Shown here one piece after another: positions 38,053-46,147 of a DNA stretch of 64,000 bases. Numbering within the stretch: position 1 is the first letter of the stretch; each line of letters starts with the position of its first letter. The notes below the pieces were generated by a model that saw nothing but the letters and a program-made list of their open reading frames with translations, ran no database searches and had not been told where the DNA came from. Location: positions 7,762-71,761 of the forward strand of contig JADFYF010000001.1 in the NCBI GenBank assembly GCA_015233165.1, read 5' to 3'. This DNA is from Candidatus Omnitrophota bacterium. Its GTDB lineage: Bacteria; Omnitrophota; Gorgyraeia; Zapsychrales; Fredricksoniimonadaceae. The position numbers and the translations under genes were made by a program.

Positions 38053-39105
38053 ATGAAAATACTCACAGTAGGTATTAATCATAAAACTTCTTCCATTGAT
38101 TTACGTGAAAAGTTTTATTTGTCGCCCCTGGAACGTGAACTTTTAATTTCAGACTTTAAAACTGATCCCTCTGTAGTATCCGCAGTCATTTTATCTACAT
38201 GTAATCGATGCGAAATATATGCGACAGTTGTCGATGATTGTCAACCCAAGAGTCTTTTGGATAAACTCTTTCGTGTTAAACGTCAGGCCATGAGTTTAGA
38301 CCTTCAGCAAATGTTCTATTTTATAGAGGGAGCTGAAGCGGTTAAACATTTCTTACAAGTTGCTTGTGGGTTAGATTCTTTAATCTTAGGAGAGAAACAA
38401 ATTTTAGGTCAAATTAAAGAGGCCGTGGCTTTATCGAGACAAAACGGTTTAATGGACAAGGTTCTCAATATCCTAACTAATTTTGTTTTAGAGACGGGCA
38501 AGAAAGCGCGTCAAGATACGCAAATTGATTTTGGCGGAGTATCGGTGAGTGCGGCTGCTGTTAATATGGCTAACAACATTTTAGGTGGCCTAGAGGATAA
38601 AACAGTTTTAGTTCTCGGCTCTGGAAAAATGGGACAATTAGCCTTGAATAATTTACAACAGAAAAAGGTTAAGCAGGTGTTTTTAATGAATAGGACAACT
38701 GAAAAAGCTGTTGTTGTCGCCGAGGAATTTAAGGCGGAGTGTGTGCCCTTCTGGAATATGAAGGAAAACTTAGCTAAGGTGGATGTGTGCATTTGTTCCT
38801 CAGGAGCTCCTCATTATTTAATTTCCAAAGATTTAGTTGCCAGTATTATGGCCACACGCTTTACACCTCTAGTGTTGGTCGATATTTCCATGCCACGCAA
38901 TATTGATCCCGCCGTCGCTGAAGTTTCTAATACCCGATTGATCGCCTTAGACGATTTAGATAAAGTCATCGAGGGGAATCTTCAAAAACGCAAGGATGCT
39001 GTCATCTTGGTCAATAATTTAATTTCACGTAAGGTGGAAGAATTTTATAAAGCGATATCAAAGATTGAAGCACTGAGTTCTGAGAAAATTTTATTATCAA
39101 AATAA
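38053..39105 (+). CDS. hemA: Glutamyl-tRNA reductase, paralogue 1 (350 aa)
   Basis: LSTCNRCEIY (catalytic Cys), GLDSLILGEKQILGQIK and the NADPH fold LVLGSGKMG. Confidence 0.9.
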   Translation: MKILTVGINHKTSSIDLREKFYLSPLERELLISDFKTDPSVVSAVILSTCNRCEIYATVVDDCQPKSLLDKLFRVKRQAMSLDLQQMFYFIEGAEAVKHFLQVACGLDSLILGEKQILGQIKEAVALSRQNGLMDKVLNILTNFVLETGKKARQDTQIDFGGVSVSAAAVNMANNILGGLEDKTVLVLGSGKMGQLALNNLQQKKVKQVFLMNRTTEKAVVVAEEFKAECVPFWNMKENLAKVDVCICSSGAPHYLISKDLVASIMATRFTPLVLVDISMPRNIDPAVAEVSNTRLIALDDLDKVIEGNLQKRKDAVILVNNLISRKVEEFYKAISKIEALSSEKILLSK

Positions 39106-39132
39106 AATTCACATTAGCGAGGACGATAGGTT

Positions 39133-39411
39133 ATGAAAAGAAAACAAATTATTATTTTAGGAATCGGTTTAATCTTCACAATGATGACTATTCCTGCTCA
39201 AGCGAGTTTATCAGAAGTTAAGAAATACAAAGAGGCGTTTGCTGATGCAAAGCCTAAATGTGTCGAATGCCACGTCGATGCAATGCCTAAGAAGGCGGAT
39301 GGACAGCATGAATTAAATTCCTATGGTAAGGCGGTTGTTGCAGTCGCAGCGCAGCCAACGGCAGATACTTATAAAAAGGTTGGAAGCATTGAAAGTTTTG
39401 GTAAGAAATAA
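39133..39411 (+). CDS. Small secreted monohaem c-type cytochrome, paralogue A (92 aa precursor)
   Basis: Signal peptide ...IPAQA and a single CVECH. The conserved block is YKEAFADAKPKCVECHVDAMPKKADGQHELNSYGKA. GAGGA RBS. Confidence 0.75.
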   Translation: MKRKQIIILGIGLIFTMMTIPAQASLSEVKKYKEAFADAKPKCVECHVDAMPKKADGQHELNSYGKAVVAVAAQPTADTYKKVGSIESFGKK

Positions 39412-39430
39412 AAAATAACAGGAGACCGCT

Positions 39431-39712
39431 ATGATAAACACAAATTCTAAGATTTTTTACTTTTTATTAGCAGCTGTACTGGTTCTTGGTTTTTCTATTC
39501 CGGCCCAAGCCAATATGAAAATTGTTAAAGCTTACAAAGAAGCTTATCCAGATGAAAAGCCAAAATGTATTGGTTGCCATGTGGACGCCATGCCCAAAAA
39601 AGATGGCGCGCATGACCCCAATGATTATGGTAAGGCTTTAAAAGCAGCAGCAGCGGAAGTAACAGTGGATTCAATTAAGAAGGTTGGAAAGATCGAAGAT
39701 TTTAAGAAATAA
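39431..39712 (+). CDS. Small secreted monohaem c-type cytochrome, paralogue B (93 aa precursor)
   Basis: Signal peptide ...IPAQA and a single CIGCH. It shares the YKEAYPDEKPKC..CHVDAMPKK...H..N.YGKA block. AGGAG RBS. Confidence 0.75.
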   Translation: MINTNSKIFYFLLAAVLVLGFSIPAQANMKIVKAYKEAYPDEKPKCIGCHVDAMPKKDGAHDPNDYGKALKAAAAEVTVDSIKKVGKIEDFKK

Positions 39713-39743
39713 GAGCGAAATAACAACAGTAACGGGAGGGCTT

Positions 39744-40520
39744 ATGATAGCCAAGGAAAGAATATTAAGTACCATTAAAGCGCTGGTTTTAGTTTTTGCG
39801 CTGACCTTAGGAGGGGTTTTGACATTGGGCATTCCTTCTGTCCATGCGAATCAGACCAAGGTCAATGAAATGTTGTATTTAAAGAAGGCCACGTATGTGG
39901 GAATGGACGTTTGCGTCACCTGTCATGATAAGGAATATAAGGAATACAAGCTTTCAACCCATGCACGTATCAATATTAAGAATGATACGACGGGTGCTGA
40001 AGGGTGTGAGGCTTGCCATGGCCCAGGTTCCATTCACGTGGATAACGGTGGTGGCAAGGGGACTATGATTAACCCTAAGAAAGATCCGGAAGTCTGTTTC
40101 AGTTGCCATACGGATAAAAAGATTCAATTCCGCCTGCCATATCATCACCCCGTTCTTGAAGGTAAGATGACCTGTACGGATTGCCATGATGCTCATGGTA
40201 TGGATGTTAGACCTTGGACAGCGACCTCTGAAAAGGGCGTTAATGAAACCTGTTTCAAGTGCCATTCAGATAAACGCGGACCGTTTGTCTTTGCTCATGA
40301 CGCGATGAGAGACGGCTGTACAACTTGCCATCAGGTTCATGGTTCAGTTAATGACAAGATGTTGTTGGCAAGGGATGTTAATCTCTGCTTACGTTGTCAT
40401 GCTTATCCAAGTTACGCAAACGGGCATTATGACGACTTTGCTAGAGGCGGAGCATGCTGGGCAGCTGGATGTCATCAGCAAATTCATGGGTCTAATTTTT
40501 ATCCAAGATTCACCTACTAA
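39744..40520 (+). CDS. Periplasmic octahaem c-type cytochrome, MtrA/DmsE/OmaB-like
   Basis: Seven CXXCH motifs (CVTCH, CEACH, CFSCH, CTDCH, CFKCH, CTTCH, CLRCH) plus a c3-type CX4CH (CWAAGCH). The doubled-CXXCH pattern CFKCHSDKRGPFVFAHDAMRDGCTTCHQVHGS is typical of MtrA. The start was moved to ATG 39744 behind a GGGAGGG RBS. Confidence 0.8.
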   Translation: MIAKERILSTIKALVLVFALTLGGVLTLGIPSVHANQTKVNEMLYLKKATYVGMDVCVTCHDKEYKEYKLSTHARINIKNDTTGAEGCEACHGPGSIHVDNGGGKGTMINPKKDPEVCFSCHTDKKIQFRLPYHHPVLEGKMTCTDCHDAHGMDVRPWTATSEKGVNETCFKCHSDKRGPFVFAHDAMRDGCTTCHQVHGSVNDKMLLARDVNLCLRCHAYPSYANGHYDDFARGGACWAAGCHQQIHGSNFYPRFTY

Positions 40521-40542
40521 TTCTTAACGTGAGGAATAACAT

Positions 40543-42708
40543 ATGAGAAGTCTTAGAGTAATACTCTCAATAGCAATAACAGTTTACCTTTCAGGAATAG
40601 GGAATCTGGTGGTGTTTGCTCAAGAAACAACACCTGCCCTTAGTGTCACTGTTGCTCCTGTGCAATATGCTAGTGTCAACGGGAGTGTGGCCAAATTCAG
40701 AGCGCTTAACTGGACAAAGGATGGAGGAGATGCTGGCATTTCCGATATAACCTTCCTCAAACAAATTAACAAGGATATCTCCATAGAAGCCGAAGGGAGT
40801 GCTTTCTTAAAGACAAATAACAATACTGGACACCTGCTACTTAAAAAAGATGATCTTGCCTTCTTACAGATCGATTATAATGCGTTTAGAAAGTATTATG
40901 ATGGAACAGGCGGGGTCTATCCTTATGAAATTAATACTAGTAGTACTAGTGATCTCACTACTTATGTTGATTATGGCAAAATTCCGGATCAATATCAAGC
41001 AGCTCAACCCAGCAGTCCAGATCTTCAGATGGATGTCAGTTTCTTCAAATTAGAAGCTGGTTTAGGGCCAGTGAATGATCCTTTTTTGGATGTAGCCTAT
41101 CAACATAATTCCAAGGATGGAAATAAATCGCTTTTACAGTGGGTTTATGCTTACCCTTCTCTTAACGGTACTCCCAAAACTGTTTCACAATCCTATAGGA
41201 AAATTGGACCAGCTTGGGCTGCGGTCAATAATTATACGGATACTGTTACTCTGAAAGAAAAGAAGGAAATTGCAGGAATTACCTTTAAAGGAGTGCAGAC
41301 GGCTGAATTTGATTACAATCACAGTTTGACGTATATGCAGTATTTGAATGATACTGTTTCAGGTTCACAAAATCAACTTAACACTGTTTATGATAATCCA
41401 GATGCTAAGTTGTTTGGTTCAGGCGTAAGAGCTGAAAAATGGATGCTCAATGATAAAACCTTTGCAGCCTTGGGGTATCATTACAGCCATATACACTCTA
41501 CAGATATTCTGCAAAGAATGGTCTATACTTCTGCGACTCTTGGTGGAGTAGCAACGGCTTTACCTACCAATTCAAGTGCCAGTGGTTGGAGTCTTGCTCA
41601 GGCTTTACAAGATAGTCATGTCTGGGTAGGAAATGTTAACTCTGAATTGACTTCAAACTTAACCTTTCTTGCAGACACCAGATATGAGCATAGTGGTGCC
41701 GAGGCAAATTCACAGTATTACCCTGGCACTGCTTTAACAACGGCCAATAATGAAGCTATGGAAAATCATCAGGATAACGTCGGCGAACATCTTGCTTTAC
41801 ATTATTCTGGCATTAGTCATACGACTTTGTATGCTGAAACCGATTTTCAACAAGGTAGGAATTGGGTCAGTGATCAGTTTAATACAGGTAGTGGTTCTAA
41901 TCCTGGTACTGATTTTTTAACCAGGCTTAATAGAATGCAAAGTGCTTCTTGGACTGCTGGAGGTAGAATCGTTCCTAACAGATTCTTTACCTTTACAACA
42001 CAGGTTAAAGCCCACGATAGAGTGGATAATTACGATACAATTTCAGATACGATAACTAAACCAGGTGGTAGCACTTTTAGTGATAGGATTATTCTGCTAT
42101 CTTCTTTGAGAGTCAGAGGAGTAGAAGAAAGTTCTACGCTTGGCTGGAAGCCTTATCGCTGGCTCCAAAATTCTTTTAGGTATCAGTTCTCTGATAATGT
42201 TTATAGCCCAGTGGGTATTGCAGCTACACCTTCTGATATATCTGTAAATCATATGCTCACATCGAAGTATACCTATGAAATTACAGTACAGCCGATAGAT
42301 CCTCTTTTATTCATGCTATCTTATTCGCATGTGCAGGATTATATCAGGAGCATTACAGCATCAAATCCTGAAGCGACAAATTACAATACAACACCGAATA
42401 TTCCGACTTTCAACTCAGGGTACAATAGCTGGGTGTTTTCATCAAGCTATTCTCCAAGAGGGGATTTGACTTGGAATAATACGGTAAGCTATACAATTTC
42501 TCCTAATTACGTCAATTTTACTAACGGCATTCCTTTAGGTTCAGATTTTAGGGAGCTTGATTTTGGCACAGGGCTTGATTGGTCTTATCGTAAGTGGTTG
42601 AAGGTTAGTCCAGGGTATGAACATGCTTCTTACCGTGATAATGCTTTAACTGGAGCCGGTAATTATTCAGCGAATATTTTCAAATTAAGCCTTAGCTGTA
42701 AGTGGTAA
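40543..42708 (+). CDS. Large outer-membrane beta-barrel protein, candidate MtrB/PioB-like sheath for the upstream cytochrome
   Basis: Signal peptide ending VFAQE. 721 aa, rich in alternating aromatic/polar beta-strand-like segments, G/N/S/T/Y-rich, with a C-terminal ...KLSLSCKW (aromatic terminal residue). It starts 22 nt after the MtrA-like gene. Confidence 0.6.
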   Translation: MRSLRVILSIAITVYLSGIGNLVVFAQETTPALSVTVAPVQYASVNGSVAKFRALNWTKDGGDAGISDITFLKQINKDISIEAEGSAFLKTNNNTGHLLLKKDDLAFLQIDYNAFRKYYDGTGGVYPYEINTSSTSDLTTYVDYGKIPDQYQAAQPSSPDLQMDVSFFKLEAGLGPVNDPFLDVAYQHNSKDGNKSLLQWVYAYPSLNGTPKTVSQSYRKIGPAWAAVNNYTDTVTLKEKKEIAGITFKGVQTAEFDYNHSLTYMQYLNDTVSGSQNQLNTVYDNPDAKLFGSGVRAEKWMLNDKTFAALGYHYSHIHSTDILQRMVYTSATLGGVATALPTNSSASGWSLAQALQDSHVWVGNVNSELTSNLTFLADTRYEHSGAEANSQYYPGTALTTANNEAMENHQDNVGEHLALHYSGISHTTLYAETDFQQGRNWVSDQFNTGSGSNPGTDFLTRLNRMQSASWTAGGRIVPNRFFTFTTQVKAHDRVDNYDTISDTITKPGGSTFSDRIILLSSLRVRGVEESSTLGWKPYRWLQNSFRYQFSDNVYSPVGIAATPSDISVNHMLTSKYTYEITVQPIDPLLFMLSYSHVQDYIRSITASNPEATNYNTTPNIPTFNSGYNSWVFSSSYSPRGDLTWNNTVSYTISPNYVNFTNGIPLGSDFRELDFGTGLDWSYRKWLKVSPGYEHASYRDNALTGAGNYSANIFKLSLSCKW

Positions 42709-42750
42709 ACAAGAAATAAATTATTATTTTCTTAGCAATAAAGAGAGATA

Positions 42751-42794
42751 AAAGATAGAATAAGATTCATTTCGGTGGGTTTTATTCTATCTTT
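42751..42794 (+). terminator. 13-bp perfect-stem hairpin with T-tail between the barrel gene and the nonahaem cytochrome gene
   Basis: AAAGATAGAATAA (42751-42763) pairs with TTATTCTATCTTT (42782-42794) across an 18-nt loop. This could be a partial terminator or an mRNA-stability element. Confidence 0.5.
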
Positions 42795-42812
42795 TTGTTG
42801 AGTCCAAAATTT

Positions 42813-44033
42813 ATGCGTATATTTTTTCTAATAGCTTTTTTTATAGGATACCCATTAAGTTTGGGCTTTGCTCAAGACGTTTCAAAGAATTACTGTATCT
42901 CTTGCCACGATGATCAGTGGCAGGATTTAAAAAATAGTATCCATGGGAAACAGGGGATTACCTGTGAGAAATGTCATGGGGGGGATTCTACCCAAAAAGA
43001 TAAAGAGTTAGCCAAAGCTCCTTCCACGGGATACGTTGGCGTTCCTGATAAAAATCAAATTGTTCAAATCTGTGGTACCTGCCATTCCAACGTCGAAGCC
43101 ATGAATTTTTATGGTATTCGCACCGACCAGCTTGCTAGATATAAAACCAGCATGCATGGCAAGAAACTTTTTAATGACAACGACAAAAATGTACCCGTGT
43201 GCAGTGATTGTCATGGGTATCATGATGTCGTCGATGTCACAGATCCTACCAGTCCTGTCTATCCTTTAAATGTTCCTAAAACATGCAATCGTTGTCATGG
43301 TAATGAGAAGCTCATGAAGCCCTATGGGATTCAGATGGACATGTTTGCAAAATATAAAGACAGCGTCCATGGTAAGGCTTTATTTGAAAAGAAAGATATT
43401 GGGGTTGCTACCTGTGTCAGTTGTCACGGAAGTCATGGAGCTTTGCCACCTGGCGTCAAACAGGTCGCTGATGCCTGTGGCAAATGTCATATGAATGAGA
43501 AGGATAACTTCCTTAAAAGTCCTCATGCTAAACTTATTGATCAAGGTAATTTTCCTCAATGCGTAGCTTGTCATAGTAATCATGGCATCCAACCTGTTGC
43601 TGTAACGTTGTACGATCAGGCTTGTGTTAAATGTCACCAGCCACAAACAGTTGCTTTTAAAGAAGGTCAGAAAATTAAAGGACTTTTAAGCAAAGCTCAA
43701 CAGGACTTACAAACGACACAACAGATTGTCAAACAAGCATCCATTGATGGTCTTTTTGTCGAGGAAGAAACAGCTATTTTAGAAGAGGCGAAGACTAAAG
43801 TTTTTGAAATGGGGCCAATGCAACATACTTTGTCCTATACTAATGTCGCCGAATTAGCCAAACAGGTCGATACGAAAACCAAGGATGTCCAAAATACGAT
43901 TCATGAAAAAAGACAAAGTTTGCAAATGCGTAAGATTGCCCTATGGCCCTTGTGGATCTTTATCATTATCATGATGACTGTTTTGTGTATTAGATATAAA
44001 CAATTAAGTTCTAACCACGATAAAAAACACTAA
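42813..44033 (+). CDS. Nonahaem c-type cytochrome with C-terminal membrane anchor; probable cytochrome c subunit of the adjacent Rieske/cyt b complex
   Basis: Nine CXXCH motifs (CISCH, CEKCH, CGTCH, CSDCH, CNRCH, CVSCH, CGKCH, CVACH, CVKCH). A signal peptide, a coiled-coil-like stretch and a C-terminal TM (IALWPLWIFIIIMMTVLCI) are present. Its stop overlaps the Rieske ATG. The start is ATG 42813, or possibly TTG 42795. Confidence 0.8.
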   Translation: MRIFFLIAFFIGYPLSLGFAQDVSKNYCISCHDDQWQDLKNSIHGKQGITCEKCHGGDSTQKDKELAKAPSTGYVGVPDKNQIVQICGTCHSNVEAMNFYGIRTDQLARYKTSMHGKKLFNDNDKNVPVCSDCHGYHDVVDVTDPTSPVYPLNVPKTCNRCHGNEKLMKPYGIQMDMFAKYKDSVHGKALFEKKDIGVATCVSCHGSHGALPPGVKQVADACGKCHMNEKDNFLKSPHAKLIDQGNFPQCVACHSNHGIQPVAVTLYDQACVKCHQPQTVAFKEGQKIKGLLSKAQQDLQTTQQIVKQASIDGLFVEEETAILEEAKTKVFEMGPMQHTLSYTNVAELAKQVDTKTKDVQNTIHEKRQSLQMRKIALWPLWIFIIIMMTVLCIRYKQLSSNHDKKH

Positions 44034-44512
44034 TGACAAAAGAAAATAACTCAACTCACGATGATCAAAATCCATCCTGCAAAATTAATCCTGAATTAAG
44101 TCGCAGGGATTTTATTGGCACTGTGATTCGCATTGGAATGCTGGCAACCTTGGCAGGCATGGTTTATCCAGCTCTTTCGTATCTGGCTCCTATTACCAAA
44201 CGAGGTCCTGCGGGGGGGCTTTCTGATGTTGGTGCGGTGGATGATATTGCCGTCGGTGACGCTAAAAAAGTTATTGTGGCTGGAAGTGCGGTCATGATTA
44301 TTCGTACTGCGCAAGGATTTAAAGCTTTATCCGCTGTCTGTACCCATCTAGGATGCTTAGTAGGGTGGGAAAAAGCTCGTCAACAGATTGTCTGTCCATG
44401 TCATGGGGGAACATTTGATATTGAAGGGAAGGTTGTTTCAGGACCTCCTCCTAAGGGATTGCCTCCTCATGATGTTAGCGTCATTAATGGACGAATCATG
44501 GTTAAAGTTTAG
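44033..44512 (+). CDS. Rieske [2Fe-2S] protein with Tat signal
   Basis: Twin-arginine SRRDFIG. Cluster boxes CTHLGC and CPCHGG. Confidence 0.9.
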   Translation: MTKENNSTHDDQNPSCKINPELSRRDFIGTVIRIGMLATLAGMVYPALSYLAPITKRGPAGGLSDVGAVDDIAVGDAKKVIVAGSAVMIIRTAQGFKALSAVCTHLGCLVGWEKARQQIVCPCHGGTFDIEGKVVSGPPPKGLPPHDVSVINGRIMVKV

Positions 44513-44524
44513 GAATAGATAAAA

Positions 44525-45685
44525 ATGATAAAGAAAACAATTGGTGCATGGTTTGAAAAACGATTTGATGTCAAGGCAATTCAAGAGCCTTTAGAATATC
44601 AATTACGAAAACCTCTTCCAGGTCACATTAGCTGGTTTCACACCTTAGGTAGTATGTCCCTATTTCTTTTTGCCAGCCAGATCGTCACAGGCATCTTACT
44701 TTTAATCTATTACCGTCCCACCGCTGACGAAGCTTTCGAGAGTGTTAAGTTTATCATGACTAAACCCTACATGGGATGGCTCTTTCGTCAGATCCATGCC
44801 TGGGGTGCCAACTTAATGATCTTGATCGTCTTTTTACATATGTTAAGAACTTTTATTACAGGTTCCTTCAAAAAACCTCGAGAATTAACATGGATGATAG
44901 GGGTTGGTTTATTTATTTTAACCTTAATTTTTGGTTTTACGGGTTATCTGCTTCCATGGAATCAGTTGGCCTATTGGGCAACAACCGTTGGAACTGAGAT
45001 TGCAGGGGCAGTTCCATTGATTGGTGAACCCATGAAGCTTTTCATGCGTGGTGGTCCCGTCGTCGGTGGAGAGACGCTTTCGCGATTCTTTGTTATTCAT
45101 GTTATTATTCTGCCTTGGTTAGTATTTTTTCTGGTCGCTGTTCACTTGTTTCTGGTCCGTTTCCAAGGGATGTCCACCATGGACCCAGTGGACAAAGAAA
45201 AACCCGTCAAAAAGGGAGAGGGAATTCCATTTTTTCCACACCATATTGTTAAAGAGGGAGTTGTTTTCTTTTTTGTTTTGGGAGTTTTAATTACTTTATC
45301 CATTATGCTTCCTTTTGAATTGGGAGAAAAGGCGGATCCTCTTAAAACTCCTGATGGAATCAAACCTGAATGGTATTTTATGTCGATGTATCAGGTGATT
45401 AAATATTTTCCAAAATTAGTAGGTATTTTTGTTGTTGGTTTGGCTCCTATGTTATTATTGATTTGGCCATTTATGGATAAGAGTTCACAGCGCGTTCCTT
45501 CTAAAAGGCCTGTTTCAATGTTAGTAGGTGTTTTGACAATATTATCTTTGTTAATCTTTGGAATCCTTGGAACTCTTTCAGAAACAAAACAAACATTCTT
45601 TGGCAAGACGTATGACTTTGATATTTACGGCGTGCCACATTTAATCAATAATTCACCTGTTAAAGCAAATATAGAACATCATTAA
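44525..45685 (+). CDS. Cytochrome b (fused b6 + subunit IV type) of a bc/b6f-like complex
   Basis: Haem-ligand His pairs sit in TM helices (RQIHAWGAN...FLHMLR; FVIHVIILP...VAVHLFL). The Qo-site motif PEWYF is present. 386 aa. Confidence 0.9.
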   Translation: MIKKTIGAWFEKRFDVKAIQEPLEYQLRKPLPGHISWFHTLGSMSLFLFASQIVTGILLLIYYRPTADEAFESVKFIMTKPYMGWLFRQIHAWGANLMILIVFLHMLRTFITGSFKKPRELTWMIGVGLFILTLIFGFTGYLLPWNQLAYWATTVGTEIAGAVPLIGEPMKLFMRGGPVVGGETLSRFFVIHVIILPWLVFFLVAVHLFLVRFQGMSTMDPVDKEKPVKKGEGIPFFPHHIVKEGVVFFFVLGVLITLSIMLPFELGEKADPLKTPDGIKPEWYFMSMYQVIKYFPKLVGIFVVGLAPMLLLIWPFMDKSSQRVPSKRPVSMLVGVLTILSLLIFGILGTLSETKQTFFGKTYDFDIYGVPHLINNSPVKANIEHH

Positions 45686-45699
45686 AATAAAGGAGACAT

Positions 45700-45996
45700 A
45701 TGAAACGCATTAATAGTCTTTTAGTTCTTTCAACAATTTTATCCGTCGGTGTTTCAAGTAGTTTAGTCCTAGCTAATCCAACAATGATTAAAGCTTATAA
45801 ATCTGTCTATCCTGATGCTAAGCTGAAATGTAATATGTGTCATGTGGATGCCTTACCTAAGAAGGCTGAAGGATCTCATGAATGGAATGCCTATGGTTTA
45901 GCAGTTAAGAAAGCGGCTAAAGATGCTGGCTTAGAACATCCCACAGAAGATACATTTAAAGCTGCGGGCAAGATAGAAGATTTCAAAGGCAAGTAA
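45700..45996 (+). CDS. Small secreted monohaem c-type cytochrome, paralogue C (98 aa precursor)
   Basis: Signal peptide ...LVLA and a single CNMCH. It carries the same YKSVYPDAKLKC..CHVDALPKKAEGSHEWNAYG block as paralogues A and B. AGGAG RBS. Confidence 0.75.
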   Translation: MKRINSLLVLSTILSVGVSSSLVLANPTMIKAYKSVYPDAKLKCNMCHVDALPKKAEGSHEWNAYGLAVKKAAKDAGLEHPTEDTFKAAGKIEDFKGK

Positions 45997-46021
45997 ACAA
46001 AAGTCAATATTTTCTCACAAT

Positions 46022-46052
46022 AAAAATACTCCTAGTGCATAGGAGTATTTTT
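46022..46052 (+). terminator. Intrinsic terminator after the Rieske/cyt b/cytochrome unit
   Basis: TACTCCTA-gtgca-TAGGAGTA is flanked by an A-run upstream and TTTTT downstream, so it is potentially bidirectional. Confidence 0.7.
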
Positions 46053-46147
46053 ATTAATAACAACTATATCGAAAAAATTATTGTTATATAATGTTAAGAG
46101 TTTGATTTAAGTCTTATTAATTTCTATTATCAATCAGGTATAGACTA

